A stretch of DNA of 64,000 nucleotides from Macrostomum lignano (Eukaryota): NCBI GenBank assembly GCA_002269645.1, contig NIVC01001551.1:1-64000 (forward strand), read 5' to 3'. The notes under the pieces were generated by a model, which was not told the origin of the DNA, did not search any database, and was given only the letters and a program-made list of their open reading frames with translations. This document shows positions 47,515 through 59,599 of the stretch, piece by piece (position 1 is the first letter of the stretch; every line of letters starts with the position of its first letter). The translations under genes and the position numbers were made by a program.

Positions 47515-48045
47515 GCCACATTGGGTATCAGATAGGCGCCACTTTCAGTGTCAGATGGGCGCCACTTTCAGTGTCAGACTTTCAGTGTCAGATGGGCGCC
47601 AGTTTGAGTGTCAGACGGGTGACACTTTCAGTGTCAGATAGGCGCCAGTTTGAGTGTCAGACGGGTGACACTTTCAGTGTCAGATGGACGCCAGTTTGAG
47701 TGTCAGACTTTCAGTGTCAGATAAACGCCAGTTTGAGTGTCAGACGGGCGCCACTTTCAGTGTCAGATAGGCGCCAGTGTGAGTGTCAGACGGGTGACAC
47801 TTTCAGTGTCAGATAGGCGCCAGTTTGAGTGTCAGACGGGTGACACTTTCAGTGTCAGATAGGCGCCAGTTTGAGTGTCAGACGGGTGACACTTTCAGTG
47901 TCAGATAGGCGCCAGTTTGAGTGTCAGACGGGTGACACTTTCAGTGTCAGACAGGCGCCACTTTCAGTGTCAGATGGGCGCCAGTTTGAGTGTCAGACGG
48001 GTGCCACTTTCAGTGTCAGACAGGCGCCACTTTCAGTGTCAGATC
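47515..48045. repeat. Two alternating 23-bp units forming a higher-order repeat
   Basis: gcgccagtttgagtgtcagacgg alternating with gtgacactttcagtgtcagatag. Confidence 0.93.
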
Positions 48046-49611
48046 GATTCGCGCTACTTTCGCTGTCCATGGTTCAATCCCCATGGCATAGTGACGAAGC
48101 CTCAGTAATATACGAATCGCGTATTGATGATAAACATCATGTTTACATCAGCAGATCACTCTCAATGATGCAATCGATCATCTCTCTGTACAAGCTTACA
48201 TTGTTACGCTGTGTAGTGACAACCGATCCAGCACTGCAGGATCCGGTTACCCTGTTGCACTGCCTACAGCTGTCTAAATACCCTTGGCCATTTTTTTCAT
48301 TCTTAAGTCACTCATCTCCAGTTACAGACTAACAAATTGGTCAGAGCATTGCAAAGTTCTCATAAGTAAGCTTGCTCTTGTTATATGTTGTGTTATTTTG
48401 AACTTCATGGATGACCTTCTGTGTTCTTTATTTCAGTCCCTTACCTACTACGCAACTTCATTGTCTATAAGACACATAGAGGCCATTGTCTTATTTTCCA
48501 GCAGGATTTTATCACGACTGTTTCGTGACTTTCGTCTCTGGTAAAATCCTATTCCAGGGCAGGTATTTAGAAGGAAAACCTTTTGAGAAAGCCGGTTGAA
48601 TCAACCTCAGACAAAACAATTTTTATTTCTATCTGATCAAACATTTGACATTTAGCGATTCCAGTTTCTATGTGCGGAACTCCATGGATCGCCTTCAGCT
48701 ATCATCCTAGCCATCTTAACTTGTCCCAGGGCAATTAAAAATCGTACTATTGTACTAATTAGTTCATGCTCGAATCAACTCGAACAATTGCAAATAACCT
48801 TTCATTTGTTCTTGGCCAAGCAAGTATAGGATAGCAAGTCAAGCTATGATGCAGGGAAGTCTAGCATTGCTAGTCCTCAAATACTTGCAAAAGCGACAAT
48901 TTCCATCATTCTTTGTGAAAGCAGCTGGACAGACTTTTTTAAACGACAACAGTTTAAAGGAAAATTTACTGAAGCGAGCTAAAAATGCAGAAAGACGCCG
49001 ACGACAGGAAATGCAGTTAATTAGCAAAGCTGCCAGTCCAACTGCGAGTTGAATTGATGGATTTCAGCTGTAAGTGTGAAAAATAAAAAAAACCTGAAAT
49101 CCGTTTCGACCATAGAGGTCAGTTAAAGGCTCGCAAAAAACGCAGAAACGTTGCCTTATGCCAAGAGGTCCCGAGTTCGAGTCCTGTTTGAATTTATTCC
49201 AATTACTTAAATGATTTTATCCATACGCAAAATCGAAGTCAGTGCACAAAAGTTTGGAACCAGTGAAAAACTTACTGAAGATTTGACCCCACATTATCGA
49301 GGGAATACTGGAGCCGATATGTAGAGAAAGAGCACTTTTTAAGTTACAAAACTACACCTCGTATAATGCACAGCTAATTAAGCGCCAATCAGCATCCGAG
49401 GAAGGAGAACCTAGAATAGGCTTTGGGTGCATAAATTCTACTGAAAGAATATCGAGACAGAAGGAAAACAGGCGTAAACTGTGCCCGGAAACAATGCTGG
49501 CAGACAGGGTTTTACGAGTGACACAGCGGGTAGCAACAACTTTATGGTCTGCACGGTGCTGCCTGCATGCTGCTTCTATGGAGGGTGAATTCGGTACGAA
49601 GTACACTGCGA

Positions 49612-50093
<482 letters not shown>

Positions 50094-50371
50094 ATCCGTT
50101 TTCAAGTTACATTATTACTGAAATTGAAAGCGAACTTTTGTGCTTTTTGACTTAGATCCCATCGATCCCAACGTGAGATCCGGGTGGCAACTAAGCGCAC
50201 GCGGAGTTCCCAGCTGTTTAGTTTGAGAGACCAATCAAGATGGATTGTTGAACTGCAGAACAATAAAGTAGCACGTTGTCACTGATGATTTTTAATCGGT
50301 GAATGCTTCAAATACCGCCTTGACTGAGCGCTCCGAGTTGGGACGCAGTTTGTCCGACATTGTTCTAAACA

Positions 50372-50704
50372 ATGAGCCCTCTATACTGCAGACTTGCCAT
50401 GCTCGCCATCGCCTGTGCCAGCCTGCTGCTCCTGACAGCTGCGACAGACTGCGTTGATGCCGCAACAATCCAGCAAGCTGTTTGGCTCAGTCACGAATTC
50501 CCCGAGGAGCTCCCAGTCGGCACGGTGGTGGCCAGTGTTCCCTGGCTGTGTCGGCAGCTTCTTGACGGTGTTGATCGGGAGGCGGCTCGGTGCTCGGTGC
50601 TGGACTGCGGCGGCGACTGCGAATACCGGCTGCTGGATGCGGGAGGCGGCGGCCGCTTCTTCAGGCTGAGTGGCCGCAGCGGGGAAGTCGCGCTCGCCAG
50701 GAGG
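50372..50704 (+). CDS. Protocadherin exon 1 (signal peptide, start of EC1)
   Basis: MSPLYCRLAMLAIACASLLLL...EFPEELPVGTVV...FRLSGRSGEVALARR|gttcgt. Confidence 0.88.
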
Positions 50705-50734
50705 GTTCGTGTCCCAGTTCTGTGGGGATCGGAG

Positions 50735-51272
50735 TGCGGGAGAGAGCGGGAGATGAGGGGGAGGAAATAGGGAGAGAGCGGGAGATGAGGGGGAGGGAAT
50801 AGGGAGAGAGCGGGAGATGAGGGGGAGGGAATAGGGAGAGAGCGGGAGATGAGGGGGAGGGAATAGGGAGAGAGCGGGAGATGAGGGGGAGGAAATAGGG
50901 AGAGAGCGGGAGATGAGGGGGAGGGAGTAGAGAGAGAGCGGGAGATGAGGGGGAGGGAGTAGGGAGAGAGCGGGAGATGAGGGGAGGGAGTAGAGAGAGA
51001 GAGCGGGAGATGAGGGGGAGGGAATAGGGAGAGAGCGGGAGATGAGGGGGAATAGGGAGAGCGGGAGATGAGGGGGAATAGGGAGAGAGCGGCAGATGAG
51101 GGGGAATAGGGAGAGCGGGAGATGAAGGGGAATAACGAGAGCGGGAGATGAGGGGGAATAGGGAGAGCGGGAGATGAGGGGTAATATGGAGAGAGCGGCA
51201 GATGAGGGGGAATAACGAGAGCGGGAGATGAAGGGGAATAGGGAGAGAGCGGGAGATGAGGGGGAATAGGGA
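50735..51272. repeat. About 30-bp GA-rich minisatellite, protocadherin intron 1
   Basis: gggagagagcgggagatgagggggagggaata copies. Confidence 0.93.
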
Positions 51273-51315
51273 GAACTAAGGCAGTCACATCTGCAGATTC
51301 GTCATCACCCCGAAG

Positions 51316-52158
51316 GTGGACCGCGAGTTGCTCTGCCCCGAGGCCGGCACCTGCAGCCGCCAGGACGTCCAGCTCAGTCTGACGCTCGCCGTGGTGGAGC
51401 TGCCACTGGGCGGGCGTCTCCGAGCCGTTGTCCGGCTGAACTTCCTCATCAAGGATGTCAACGACAACGCGCCGAGCTGGCGGCCGGCAGCAGCGGCTGG
51501 CGGCGGCGGTAGCAACTCGACGCAGCTGAGGCTGGACATCCGGGAGCACTCTCAGGTGGGCAGCCGCTTCGCACTGCCACCCGCCGCGGACCCAGACAGG
51601 GCGCCGCAGAACAGCACCCGGAGGTACACCCTGGTGGACTCAGCTAGCGGTCGGTTTCGACTTGTTGACGCTGCTGGCGACTTCTCATCGTCGCTGGTGA
51701 CGCCGCCGCCGCCACCGCCGAGCCTCGAGCTGCTCGTCGACTTGGACGCTGACGACGCTGACCAGCCGACGAGGTACCAGCTGATCCTTCTGGCAGTAGA
51801 CGACGGCCGGCCCTCGCCGCTCACCGGCTCCCTGACGGTGCTCGTCACCGTTGTCGACATCAACGACAATCCGCCTCAATTCCCGGCCGGCAGCGTTCCC
51901 GCCCGCCTCGGTCTGTCCGAGTCCCAGCCTGTTGGCCGCGAGTTCCTCCGGCTGGCAGCCGTGGACATCGATTCTAACGACCGGCTGACCTACCGGCTGG
52001 GCGACGGCGCCGACCCCGGCACGGCCGCCGACTTTCATGTCGACGCCGTCACCGGCGCCGTAGCGCCAGCCAGGCCGCTTGACTTTGAAACTCGACGGCG
52101 GTACCGCCTGCCGCTGAGCGTCTCGGATGGCCAACACAGCGCTGAGGCTGCGGTTCAG
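51316..52158 (+). CDS. Protocadherin exon 2 (EC1-EC3)
   Basis: ccgaag|VDRELLC...DVNDNAP...IREHS...DPD...DINDNPP...AVDID...LDFE...AAVQ|gtgagc. Confidence 0.93.
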
Positions 52159-52194
52159 GTGAGCCTTGGGATAGAATGCCTGAGCTGCTCCTCT

Positions 52195-52725
52195 TTAGCC
52201 TCATCCCCAGCCTCACCTCCATCCGCATTCCCAGCCTCATTCCCAGCCTCATCCCTCTCCTCATCGTCAGCCTCATCCCAAGCCTGAGCTCTAGCCTCAT
52301 CTCCATCCCCATCTTGTGCCTCATCTTTTTCCTCATCTCCAGCCTCATCTCCATCCCTATCTTATGCCTCATCTTTATCCTCATCCCCAGCCTCATCTCC
52401 ATTCTCAATCCCAGTCTTATCTCCATCCTTATCTCCAGCCTCATCTCCATCCCTATCTTATGCCTCATCTTTATCCTCGTCCCAAGCCTCATCTCTATCC
52501 TCATCCCAACCTCATCTCCATCCTCATCCCAGCCTCATCTCCATCCTCATCCCTAGCTTCATCCCCATCCCCATCCCCATCCTCATCTCCATCCTCATCT
52601 TGTGCCTCATCTCCAACCTCATCTTCAACCTCATCCCCAGCCTCATCTCCATCCTCATCCCCAGCCTCATCTCCATCCTCATCCCCAGCCTCATCTCCAT
52701 CCTCATCCCCAGCCTCATCTCCATC
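52195..52725. repeat. 12/24-bp C-rich minisatellite (cctcatctccatcctcatccccag), intron 2, 5' half
   Basis: Direct reading. Confidence 0.92.
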
Positions 52726-53199
52726 CAACTGGATTCAACTGAAGTCACTCAGAGGGTGTTTATGATCTATAAAACATGCACCACAGCATTGTCACCAATA
52801 CATTCAAAAGGATAATTGGAGATGCAGTTATTAACATCCAACTTGACTGTGACCTAAAACAGTGCCAACTCTAACTTCAAAGGACTGGGAATATTGCTTG
52901 TTCCGTCGTTTTTTTTGTTTGATCCACGCTCATCAAAGAGATTCCGGTTGTTGGCGAGGTTGGAAATCCGATAGATAAGCTGGGCTCGGTTTCTGCCCTG
53001 GGGGTCATTTGATCCGAGCTTTTTTCGCCTTGCTTTGATTTTTTCTCAAGTTGGCTCACTGACACGCAGACAGGGAGTTTTGACTTGTCAGGTGACTTTT
53101 GGGGTGTTGGCTTTGTTGAGACTGAAGCTGGATAGCTGCCCTGTATATTGTATAAGTTATACTCAGTGTATACTATATTAGAAGGATATGTGAATCAGT

Positions 53200-53830
53200 A
53201 ACTGGTGAGTCAGGAGTCGGTGAATCTGGAATCTGTGAATCAGGAGTCGGTGAATGAGGAGTCAGTGAATCTGGAATCTGTGAATGAGGAATTTTTGAAT
53301 CAGGAGTCGGTGAATCAGGAATCTGTGAATGAGGAGTCGGTGAATTAGGATTCGGTGAATGAGGAGTTGGTGAATGAAGAGTCGGTGGATGAAGAGTCGG
53401 TGAATGAGGAGTCGGTGAATGAGGAGTCGGTGAATGAGGAGTCGGTGAATGAGGAGTCGGTGAATGAGGAGTCGGTGAATGAGGAGTCGGTGAATGAGGA
53501 GTCGGTGAATGAGGAGTCGGTGAATGAGGAGTCAGTGAATGAGGATTCGGTGAATGAGGAGTCGGTGAATGAGGAATCTGTGAATGAGGAATTTGTGAAT
53601 AAGGAGTCGGTGAATGAGGAATCTGTGAATGAGGAATTTGTGAATAAGGAGTCGGTGAATGAGGAGTTGGTGGATGAAGAGTCGGTGAATGAAGAGTCGG
53701 TGAATGGGGAGTCGGTGAATGAGGAGTCGGTGAATGAGGAGTCGGTGAATAAGGAGTCGGTGAATGAGGAGTCGGTGAATGAGGAGTCGGGGAATCAGGA
53801 GTCACTGAATCAGGAGCGAGCCACTGAATC
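53200..53830. repeat. 15-bp minisatellite (gaggagtcggtgaat), intron 2, 3' half
   Basis: About 40 copies. Confidence 0.95.
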
Positions 53831-53904
53831 AGGAGCCAGTGAATCAGCAATCAAAATCATTGGACATAAAATCTCCAAGCACCAGGACAACATCAACCCT
53901 CCAG

Positions 53905-54056
53905 GTGGAACTCATCAACGAGAACGACAACCCACCCGTGATCTCCGTCATGGGCGCCGGCTCCGATCCTGACCAGCTGGGGGTGGCCGAGAACGCGCCA
54001 GTGAACACCTTGGTGGCTTCGCTGGATGTCAGTGACGGCGATGACAAATGGCCAGG
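53905..54056 (+). CDS. Protocadherin exon 3 (EC3/EC4)
   Basis: ctccag|VELINENDNPPVI...VAENAPVN...VSDGDDKWP GG|gtgcgg. Confidence 0.9.
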
Positions 54057-54091
54057 GTGCGGGACTTTGCTTGGTGACTTTTGATAAGCTA

Positions 54092-54880
54092 GTCATCATC
54101 ATTATCATCATCACCATCATCATCACCATCATCATCACCATCATCATCACCATCATCATCACCATCATCATCACCATCATCATCACCATCATCATCACCA
54201 TCATCATCACCATCATCATCACCATCATCATCACCATCATCATCACCATCATCATCATCACCATCATCATCACCATCATCATCACCATCATCATCATCAT
54301 CATCCTCATCATCATCATCATCAACATCATTATCATCATCACCATCGTCAACATCATCATCAACATCACCATCATCATCCTCAACATCATCCTCATCATC
54401 ATCCTCATTATCATCATCACCACCTTCATCATCACCATCATCACCATCATCATCACCATCATCATAACCATCATCATCACCATCATCATCACCATCATCA
54501 TCACCATCATCATCACCATCATCATCACCATCATCATCACCATCATCATCATCACCATCATCATCACCATCATCATCACCATCATCATCATCATCATCCT
54601 CATCATCATCATCATCAACATCATTATCATCATCACCATCGTCAACATCATCATCAACATCACCATCATCATCCTCAACATCATCCTCATCATCATCCTC
54701 ATTATCATCATCACCACCTTCATCATCACCATCATCACCATCATCATCACCATCATCATCTCCATCATCATCACCATCATAATCATAATCATCATCATCA
54801 ACATCATCATCATCATCACCATTGTCAACATCATCATCAACATCACCATCATCATCCTCATCATCACCATCACGACCATC
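54092..54880. repeat. (CAT)n/(catcatcac)n array with an internal block duplication, intron 3
   Basis: Direct reading. Confidence 0.96.
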
Positions 54881-54912
54881 AATCGCCCCTTCCCGATGCT
54901 CCATCACCGCAG

Positions 54913-55126
54913 CAGCCCTGAGCAGCAGCCGCCTGTGAGCTGCCAGTCAGAGCCCCAATCGGACTTCGGGCTGCTGCCGCTGTACAGGTCGGCTCGCGGC
55001 CAGTTCCGCCTGGTTACCAGTCGCAGATTCGATCGCGAGTCGCTGCCGCCGCCCGGCGTGACCAGCGTCAAGATCGTCTGCAACGACAACGGCTCGCCGA
55101 GTCTGCTGACAGAGAGGCGACTCCAG
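54913..55126 (+). CDS. Protocadherin exon 4 (EC4)
   Basis: ccgcag|C AGC CCT (NAGNAG acceptor)...VSCQ...FDRE...VCNDNGSPSL...RRLQ|gtgagt. Confidence 0.9.
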
Positions 55127-55142
55127 GTGAGTTGCCAGATTC

Positions 55143-56110
55143 CAAATCTCCCCTGATCCCGAACCCGAATCTCCCCTGATCCCAAACCCGAATCTCCCCT
55201 GATCCCGAACCCAAATCTACCCCTGATCCCAAACCCAAATCTCCCCTGATCCCGAACCCAAATCTACCCCTGATCCCAAACCCGAATCTCCCCTGATCCC
55301 AAACCCGAATCTCCCCTGATCCCAAACCCGAATGTCCCCTGATCCCAAACCCGAATCTCCCCTGATCCCAAACCCGAGTCTCCCCTGATCCCAAACCCGA
55401 ATCTCCCCTGATCCCAAACCCGAATCTCCACTGATCCCAAACCCACATCTCCCCTGATCCCAAACCCGAATCTCCCCTGATCCCAAACCCGAGTCTCCCC
55501 TGATCCCAAACCCGAATCTCCCCTGATCCCAAACCCGAATCTCCACTGATCCCAAACCCACATCTCCCCTGATCCCAAACCCGAATCTCCCCTGATCCCA
55601 AACCCACATCTCCCCTGATCCCAAATCCGAATCTCCCCTGATCCCGAACCCGAATCTCCCCTGATCCCAAACCCGAATCTCCCCTGATCCCAAACCCGAA
55701 TCTCCCCTGATCCCAAACCCGAATCTCCCCTGATCCCAAACCCAAATCTCCCCTGATCCCAAACCCAAATCTCCCCTGATCCCAAACCCACATCTCCCCT
55801 GATCCCAAATCCGAATCTCCCCTGATCCCGAACCCGAATCTCCCCTGATCCCAAACCCGAATCTCCCCTGATCCCAAACCCGAATCTCCCCTGATCCCAA
55901 ACCCGAATCTCCCCTGATCCCAAACCCAAATCTCCCCTGATCCCAAACCCAAATCTCCCCTGATCCCAAACCCAAATCTCCCCTGATCCCAAACCCAAAT
56001 CTCCCCTGATCCCAAACCCGAATCTCCCCTGATCCCAAACCCAAATCTCCCCTGATCCCAAACCCAAATCTCCCCCTGATCCCAAACCCGAATCTGCCCT
56101 GATCCCAAAC
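55143..56110. repeat. 23-bp minisatellite (ccctgatcccaaacccgaatctc), intron 4
   Basis: About 42 copies. Confidence 0.96.
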
Positions 56111-56121
56111 CCCTCCCCCAG

Positions 56122-56757
56122 ATTCGAGTCACCGACGAGAACGACTCCCCGCCGGTGTTCGAGCGCAGCCCCCTGACGGCGCGCCTACCCGAGAACGAAC
56201 CTCCCGGTCGAGTGGTCGCCCAGCTCTCCGCCGTTGACGCCGACGAAGGCGAAAACGCGGAGCTGCGCTACCAACTTTGCGGCAGCGGCGGAGCTTCAAC
56301 CTCAACCTCTTCGCCGGATTTCGACGTCGACCGACTGACCGGGGAGCTGCGAGCTCGTCGCAGCTTCGATCGCGAGTCGCTTCTCGATCCCGTGGTCAAC
56401 GTCACGGTCTGCGCCGTGGATCTGGGCGACTCCAAAGATCCGGCCGGCCGGCCGCGCCACACCGCCACCGCCACCGTCATCGTCCAGATTGTCGATGTCA
56501 ACGACTGCCGGCCGGAGTTCGTCGGCGCCCCCACCAGCGGTTTCGACTTCGCCGTAGCCGAGAACTCGCCGCCCGGCCGGCTGATCGGCAGCGTCGCCGC
56601 CATCGACGGCGACGCAGAGCCGACGCATCGGCGAGTCGCCTATCGGCTGCTGCCGGACGGCGAGGTCGACGCCGCCTTCGAAGTCACTGACGATGGCCGA
56701 CTGGTCACTGGGCGGCGTCTGCTGGACCGGGAGGCCCGCGAAGTCTACGATTTTCAG
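56122..56757 (+). CDS. Protocadherin exon 5 (EC5-EC6)
   Basis: ccccag|IRVTDENDSPPVF...PENEPPG...DADEGENA...FDRE...DVNDCRP...AENSPPG...LDRE..VYDFQ|gcgagc (GC donor). Confidence 0.93.
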
Positions 56758-56789
56758 GCGAGCCGCTTCAAGTTCAGCAGCATCCTTTG

Positions 56790-56935
56790 AACCTCCCAGA
56801 TCCTCAGTTGCTGGGCCAGCCTACCAGATCCTCAGTTGCTAGGCCAGCCTCCCAGATCCTCAGTTGCTGGGCCAGCCTCCCAGATCCTCAGTTGCTAGGC
56901 CAGCCTCCAAGATCTTCAGTTGCTGGGCCAGCCTC
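56790..56935. repeat. 28-bp minisatellite (cctcccagatcctcagttgctgggccag), intron 5
   Basis: About 5 copies. Confidence 0.9.
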
Positions 56936-56996
56936 AGGTTCTCAGGCTTCAAGCATCCTTTCATTAACAATGAAAACTTTAAAAAATCGCCATCAG

Positions 56997-57398
56997 ATCG
57001 TCGCTGACGACGGCGCGGACGGCCGATCGTCAGCCCGGGTTCGAGTCCGGGTCCTGGACCTCAACGACAACCGGCCCGTCTGGCAGCAGCCGCCGGCCTC
57101 CTCCGCCGCCGCCGTGAACGTCAGCCTGGAGCACCCGGCAGGCCGGCCGGTCCTCCGCCTCCGGGCTGCGGACTCGGACGCCGGAGCCAACGGCAAAGTC
57201 GCCTATCGACTGAAAAGTGTCCGACCCGAGGAAGGTCGGCAACTCTTTGAAGTGGCGCCAGGCTCCGGCGACCTGACAACTTTGGCGGCAACGCTGACGA
57301 AGGAGACGCGGCGGAAGCTGCTGGGCGCGGTCTTCGTGCTGGAGCTGACGGCTGAGGACTGCGGGAAGCCGCCGATGTCCAGCACTGCGATGCTGCAG
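56997..57398 (+). CDS. Protocadherin exon 6 (EC6-EC7)
   Basis: catcag|IVADDG...VLDLNDNRP...DSDAGANG...AEDCGKPPMSSTAMLQ|gtgccc. Confidence 0.92.
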
Positions 57399-57504
57399 GT
57401 GCCCGAGGGATTGGGGACTTTTCTGAGTGCGCCCACGCTCACACAGGGTGTACAGAAGCCGCTTTGACTTTCAAATTGTGACCGGCATCATCATCTTTTC
57501 ATCA

Positions 57505-58025
57505 TGTCAGGGAATGGGAGCTTAGGTGTCAGGGAATGGGAGCTTAGGTGTCAGGGAATGGGAGCTTAGGTGTCAGGGAATGGGAGCTTAGGTGTCAGGG
57601 AATGGGAGCTTAGGTGTCAGGGAATGGGAGCTTAGGTGTCAGGGAATGGGAGCTTAGGTGTCAGGGAATGGGAGCTTAGGTGTCAGGGAATGGGAGCTTA
57701 GGTGTCAGGGAATGGGAGCTTAGGTGTCAGGGAATGGGAGCTTAGGTGTCAGGGTATGGGAGCTTAGGTGTCAGGGAATGGGAGCTTAGGTGTCAGGGAA
57801 TGGGAGCTTAGGTGTCAGGGAATGGGAGCTTAGGTGTCAGGGAATGGGAGCTTAGGTGTCAGGGAATGGGAGCTTAGGTGTCAGGGAATGGGAGCTTAGG
57901 TGTCAGGGAATGGGAGCTTAGGTGTCAGGGAATGGGAGCTTAGGTGTCAGGGTATGGGAGCTTAGGTGTCAGGGTATGGGAGCTTAGGTGTCAGGGAATG
58001 GGAGCTTAGGTGTCAGGGTATGGGA
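57505..58025. repeat. 22-bp minisatellite (gtgtcagggaatgggagcttag), intron 6
   Basis: About 23 near-identical copies. Confidence 0.96.
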
Positions 58026-58083
58026 GCTCAAGTGCCCGGCTGGATCGGTGTGGATGACGCCTCACAGACAATCGCTGTTGCAG

Positions 58084-58360
58084 GTCACCATTGTTGAGAC
58101 GCCGCCGCCGCCGCCAGCCCGGCAGTTTCCTTCGTCTTCTTGGGCCGTGGCTTCAGTCGCTTCGGACGCCAGTATAGTAGTATTGGTTGCTATGGTAACG
58201 GCCACTCTAGGCGTCTCAGCGCCGCTGCTGGCCGCCATCGCCTGCCTGCGGTGTCGGAGAGGCCGCGGGCGCTGGAGCCGGCGAACCGCCCGGCAACCGG
58301 GTGCGCCAGGAGGCAACCCCGAGGAGACGGAAGTCCTGTCAGCGTGCAAGCCGCCCACTG
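58084..58360 (+). CDS. Protocadherin exon 7 (transmembrane helix and juxtamembrane region)
   Basis: ttgcag|VTIVE...IVVLVAMVTATLGVSAPLLAAIACL RCRRGRGR...KPPT G|gtgagg. Confidence 0.88.
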
Positions 58361-58387
58361 GTGAGGGGGCTGATGAGATACCAGCAG

Positions 58388-59020
58388 GAGGGTGCTGTCA
58401 CAGGGGACAGGAGGAGAGAAGAGGGTGCTGTCACAGGGGACAGGAGCAGAGGGGAAGGGTGCTGTCACAGGGGACAGCATCAGAGGTGAGGGTGCTGTCA
58501 CAGGGGACAGGAGGAGAGGGGAGGGTGTTGTCACAGGGGACAGAAGGAGAGGGGAGGGTGCTGTCACAGGGGACAGGAGGAGAAGGGAGGGTGTTGTCAC
58601 ATGGGACAGGAGGAGAGGGGAGGGTGCTGTCACAGGGGACAGGAGGAGAGGAGAGGGTGCTGTCACAGGGGACAGGAGCAGAGGGGAAGGGTGCTGTCAC
58701 AGGGGACAGGAGGAGAGGAGAGGGTGCTGTCACAGGGGACAGGAGGAGAGGGGAGGGTGTTGTCACAGGGGACAGAAGGAGAGGGGAGGGTGCTGTCACA
58801 GGGGACAGGAGGAGAGGGGAGGGTGTTGTCACAGGGGACAGAAGGAGAGGGGAGGGTGCTGTCACAGGGGACAGGAGGTGAAGGGAGGGTGCTGTCACAG
58901 GGGACAGGAGGAGAGGGGAGGGTGCTGTCACAGGGGACAGGAGGAGAGGAGAGGGTGCTGTCACAGGGGACAGGAGCAGAGGGGAAGGGTGCTGTCACAG
59001 GGGACAGGAGGAGAGGGGGT
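58388..59020. repeat. 33-bp minisatellite (gggtgctgtcacaggggacaggaggagagggga), intron 7
   Basis: About 19 copies. Confidence 0.95.
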
Positions 59021-59106
59021 GCTTTAATTAGATGGATAGTCCCCTGCTTGGCCTTCCCCAGAATCCCAAAATCGAGATCCCAACTATTCGCTTTGCAAAC
59101 CCGCAG

Positions 59107-59213
59107 TCCGGCCACTGTCCGGGGGCAGCTGTCCGGGAGATTCGCCCGACTCGGACAGTGCAAACGTGTACACAGCGCCGTTGACGCCCGACACGGGCAG
59201 GCAGCCGTCGGAG
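59107..59213 (+). CDS. Protocadherin exon 8 (cytoplasmic)
   Basis: ccgcag|TC CGG...TCG GAG|gttggt = (V)RPLSGGSCPGDSPDSDSANVYTAPLTPDTGRQPSE. Confidence 0.7.
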
Positions 59214-59328
59214 GTTGGTTGATTTCATGATTGTTTTCCTTGTTTCCTTGTGCCTCATTATTTACGATCGTATTGGTTATAATGATGATGTGTCAGGGAA
59301 TGATGTGTCTTAATATTTTATGCTTCAG

Positions 59329-59359
59329 AATTTTGAGGAAGCGACGATCAGCCAATCAG
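59329..59359 (+). CDS. Protocadherin exon 9 (31-nt micro-exon)
   Basis: cttcag|NFEEATISQS G|gtagtg; supplies the phase change needed for the last exon. Confidence 0.6.
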
Positions 59360-59446
59360 GTAGTGCTTTTTCAAAATAAAATTCTATTCACTCTACTGAA
59401 TTTCGATTATTATCAGTAGTAATATAGGGCAATAATTGAATTTCAG

Positions 59447-59559
59447 AGAATGCTACTGGCACATCGGGGCACAGAGACTCGCAGCGTCTGCATGAAGATG
59501 ACGATGGACTTTTGAGCTCTCTGGCTTCGCTTTCCGTGCAGAATTGCACTTATGTCTGA
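59447..59559 (+). CDS. Protocadherin exon 10 (last)
   Basis: tttcag|AG AAT...: NATGTSGHRDSQRLHEDDDGLLSSLASLSVQNCTYV-stop; ends in a T-x-V motif. Confidence 0.62.
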
Positions 59560-59599
59560 TCTAGCGTAACTCCGCGTTCCTGAAATTTCACTACTTGGT

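Noticed and set aside
49155-49195. B-box gagttcgagtcc
   Set aside because: No A box or acceptor stem; at most a SINE remnant.
51290-51300. catctgcag as the acceptor of protocadherin exon 2
   Set aside because: Out of phase with the 50704 donor; the AAG at 51315 gives ARR-VDRE.
50491-51549. 352-aa antisense ORF over the protocadherin
   Set aside because: Shadow of GC-rich codons plus repeat read-through.
53173-56132. Poly-M/I/D, NEESV and GSGEIRVWDQG ORFs
   Set aside because: Artefacts of intronic tandem repeats.
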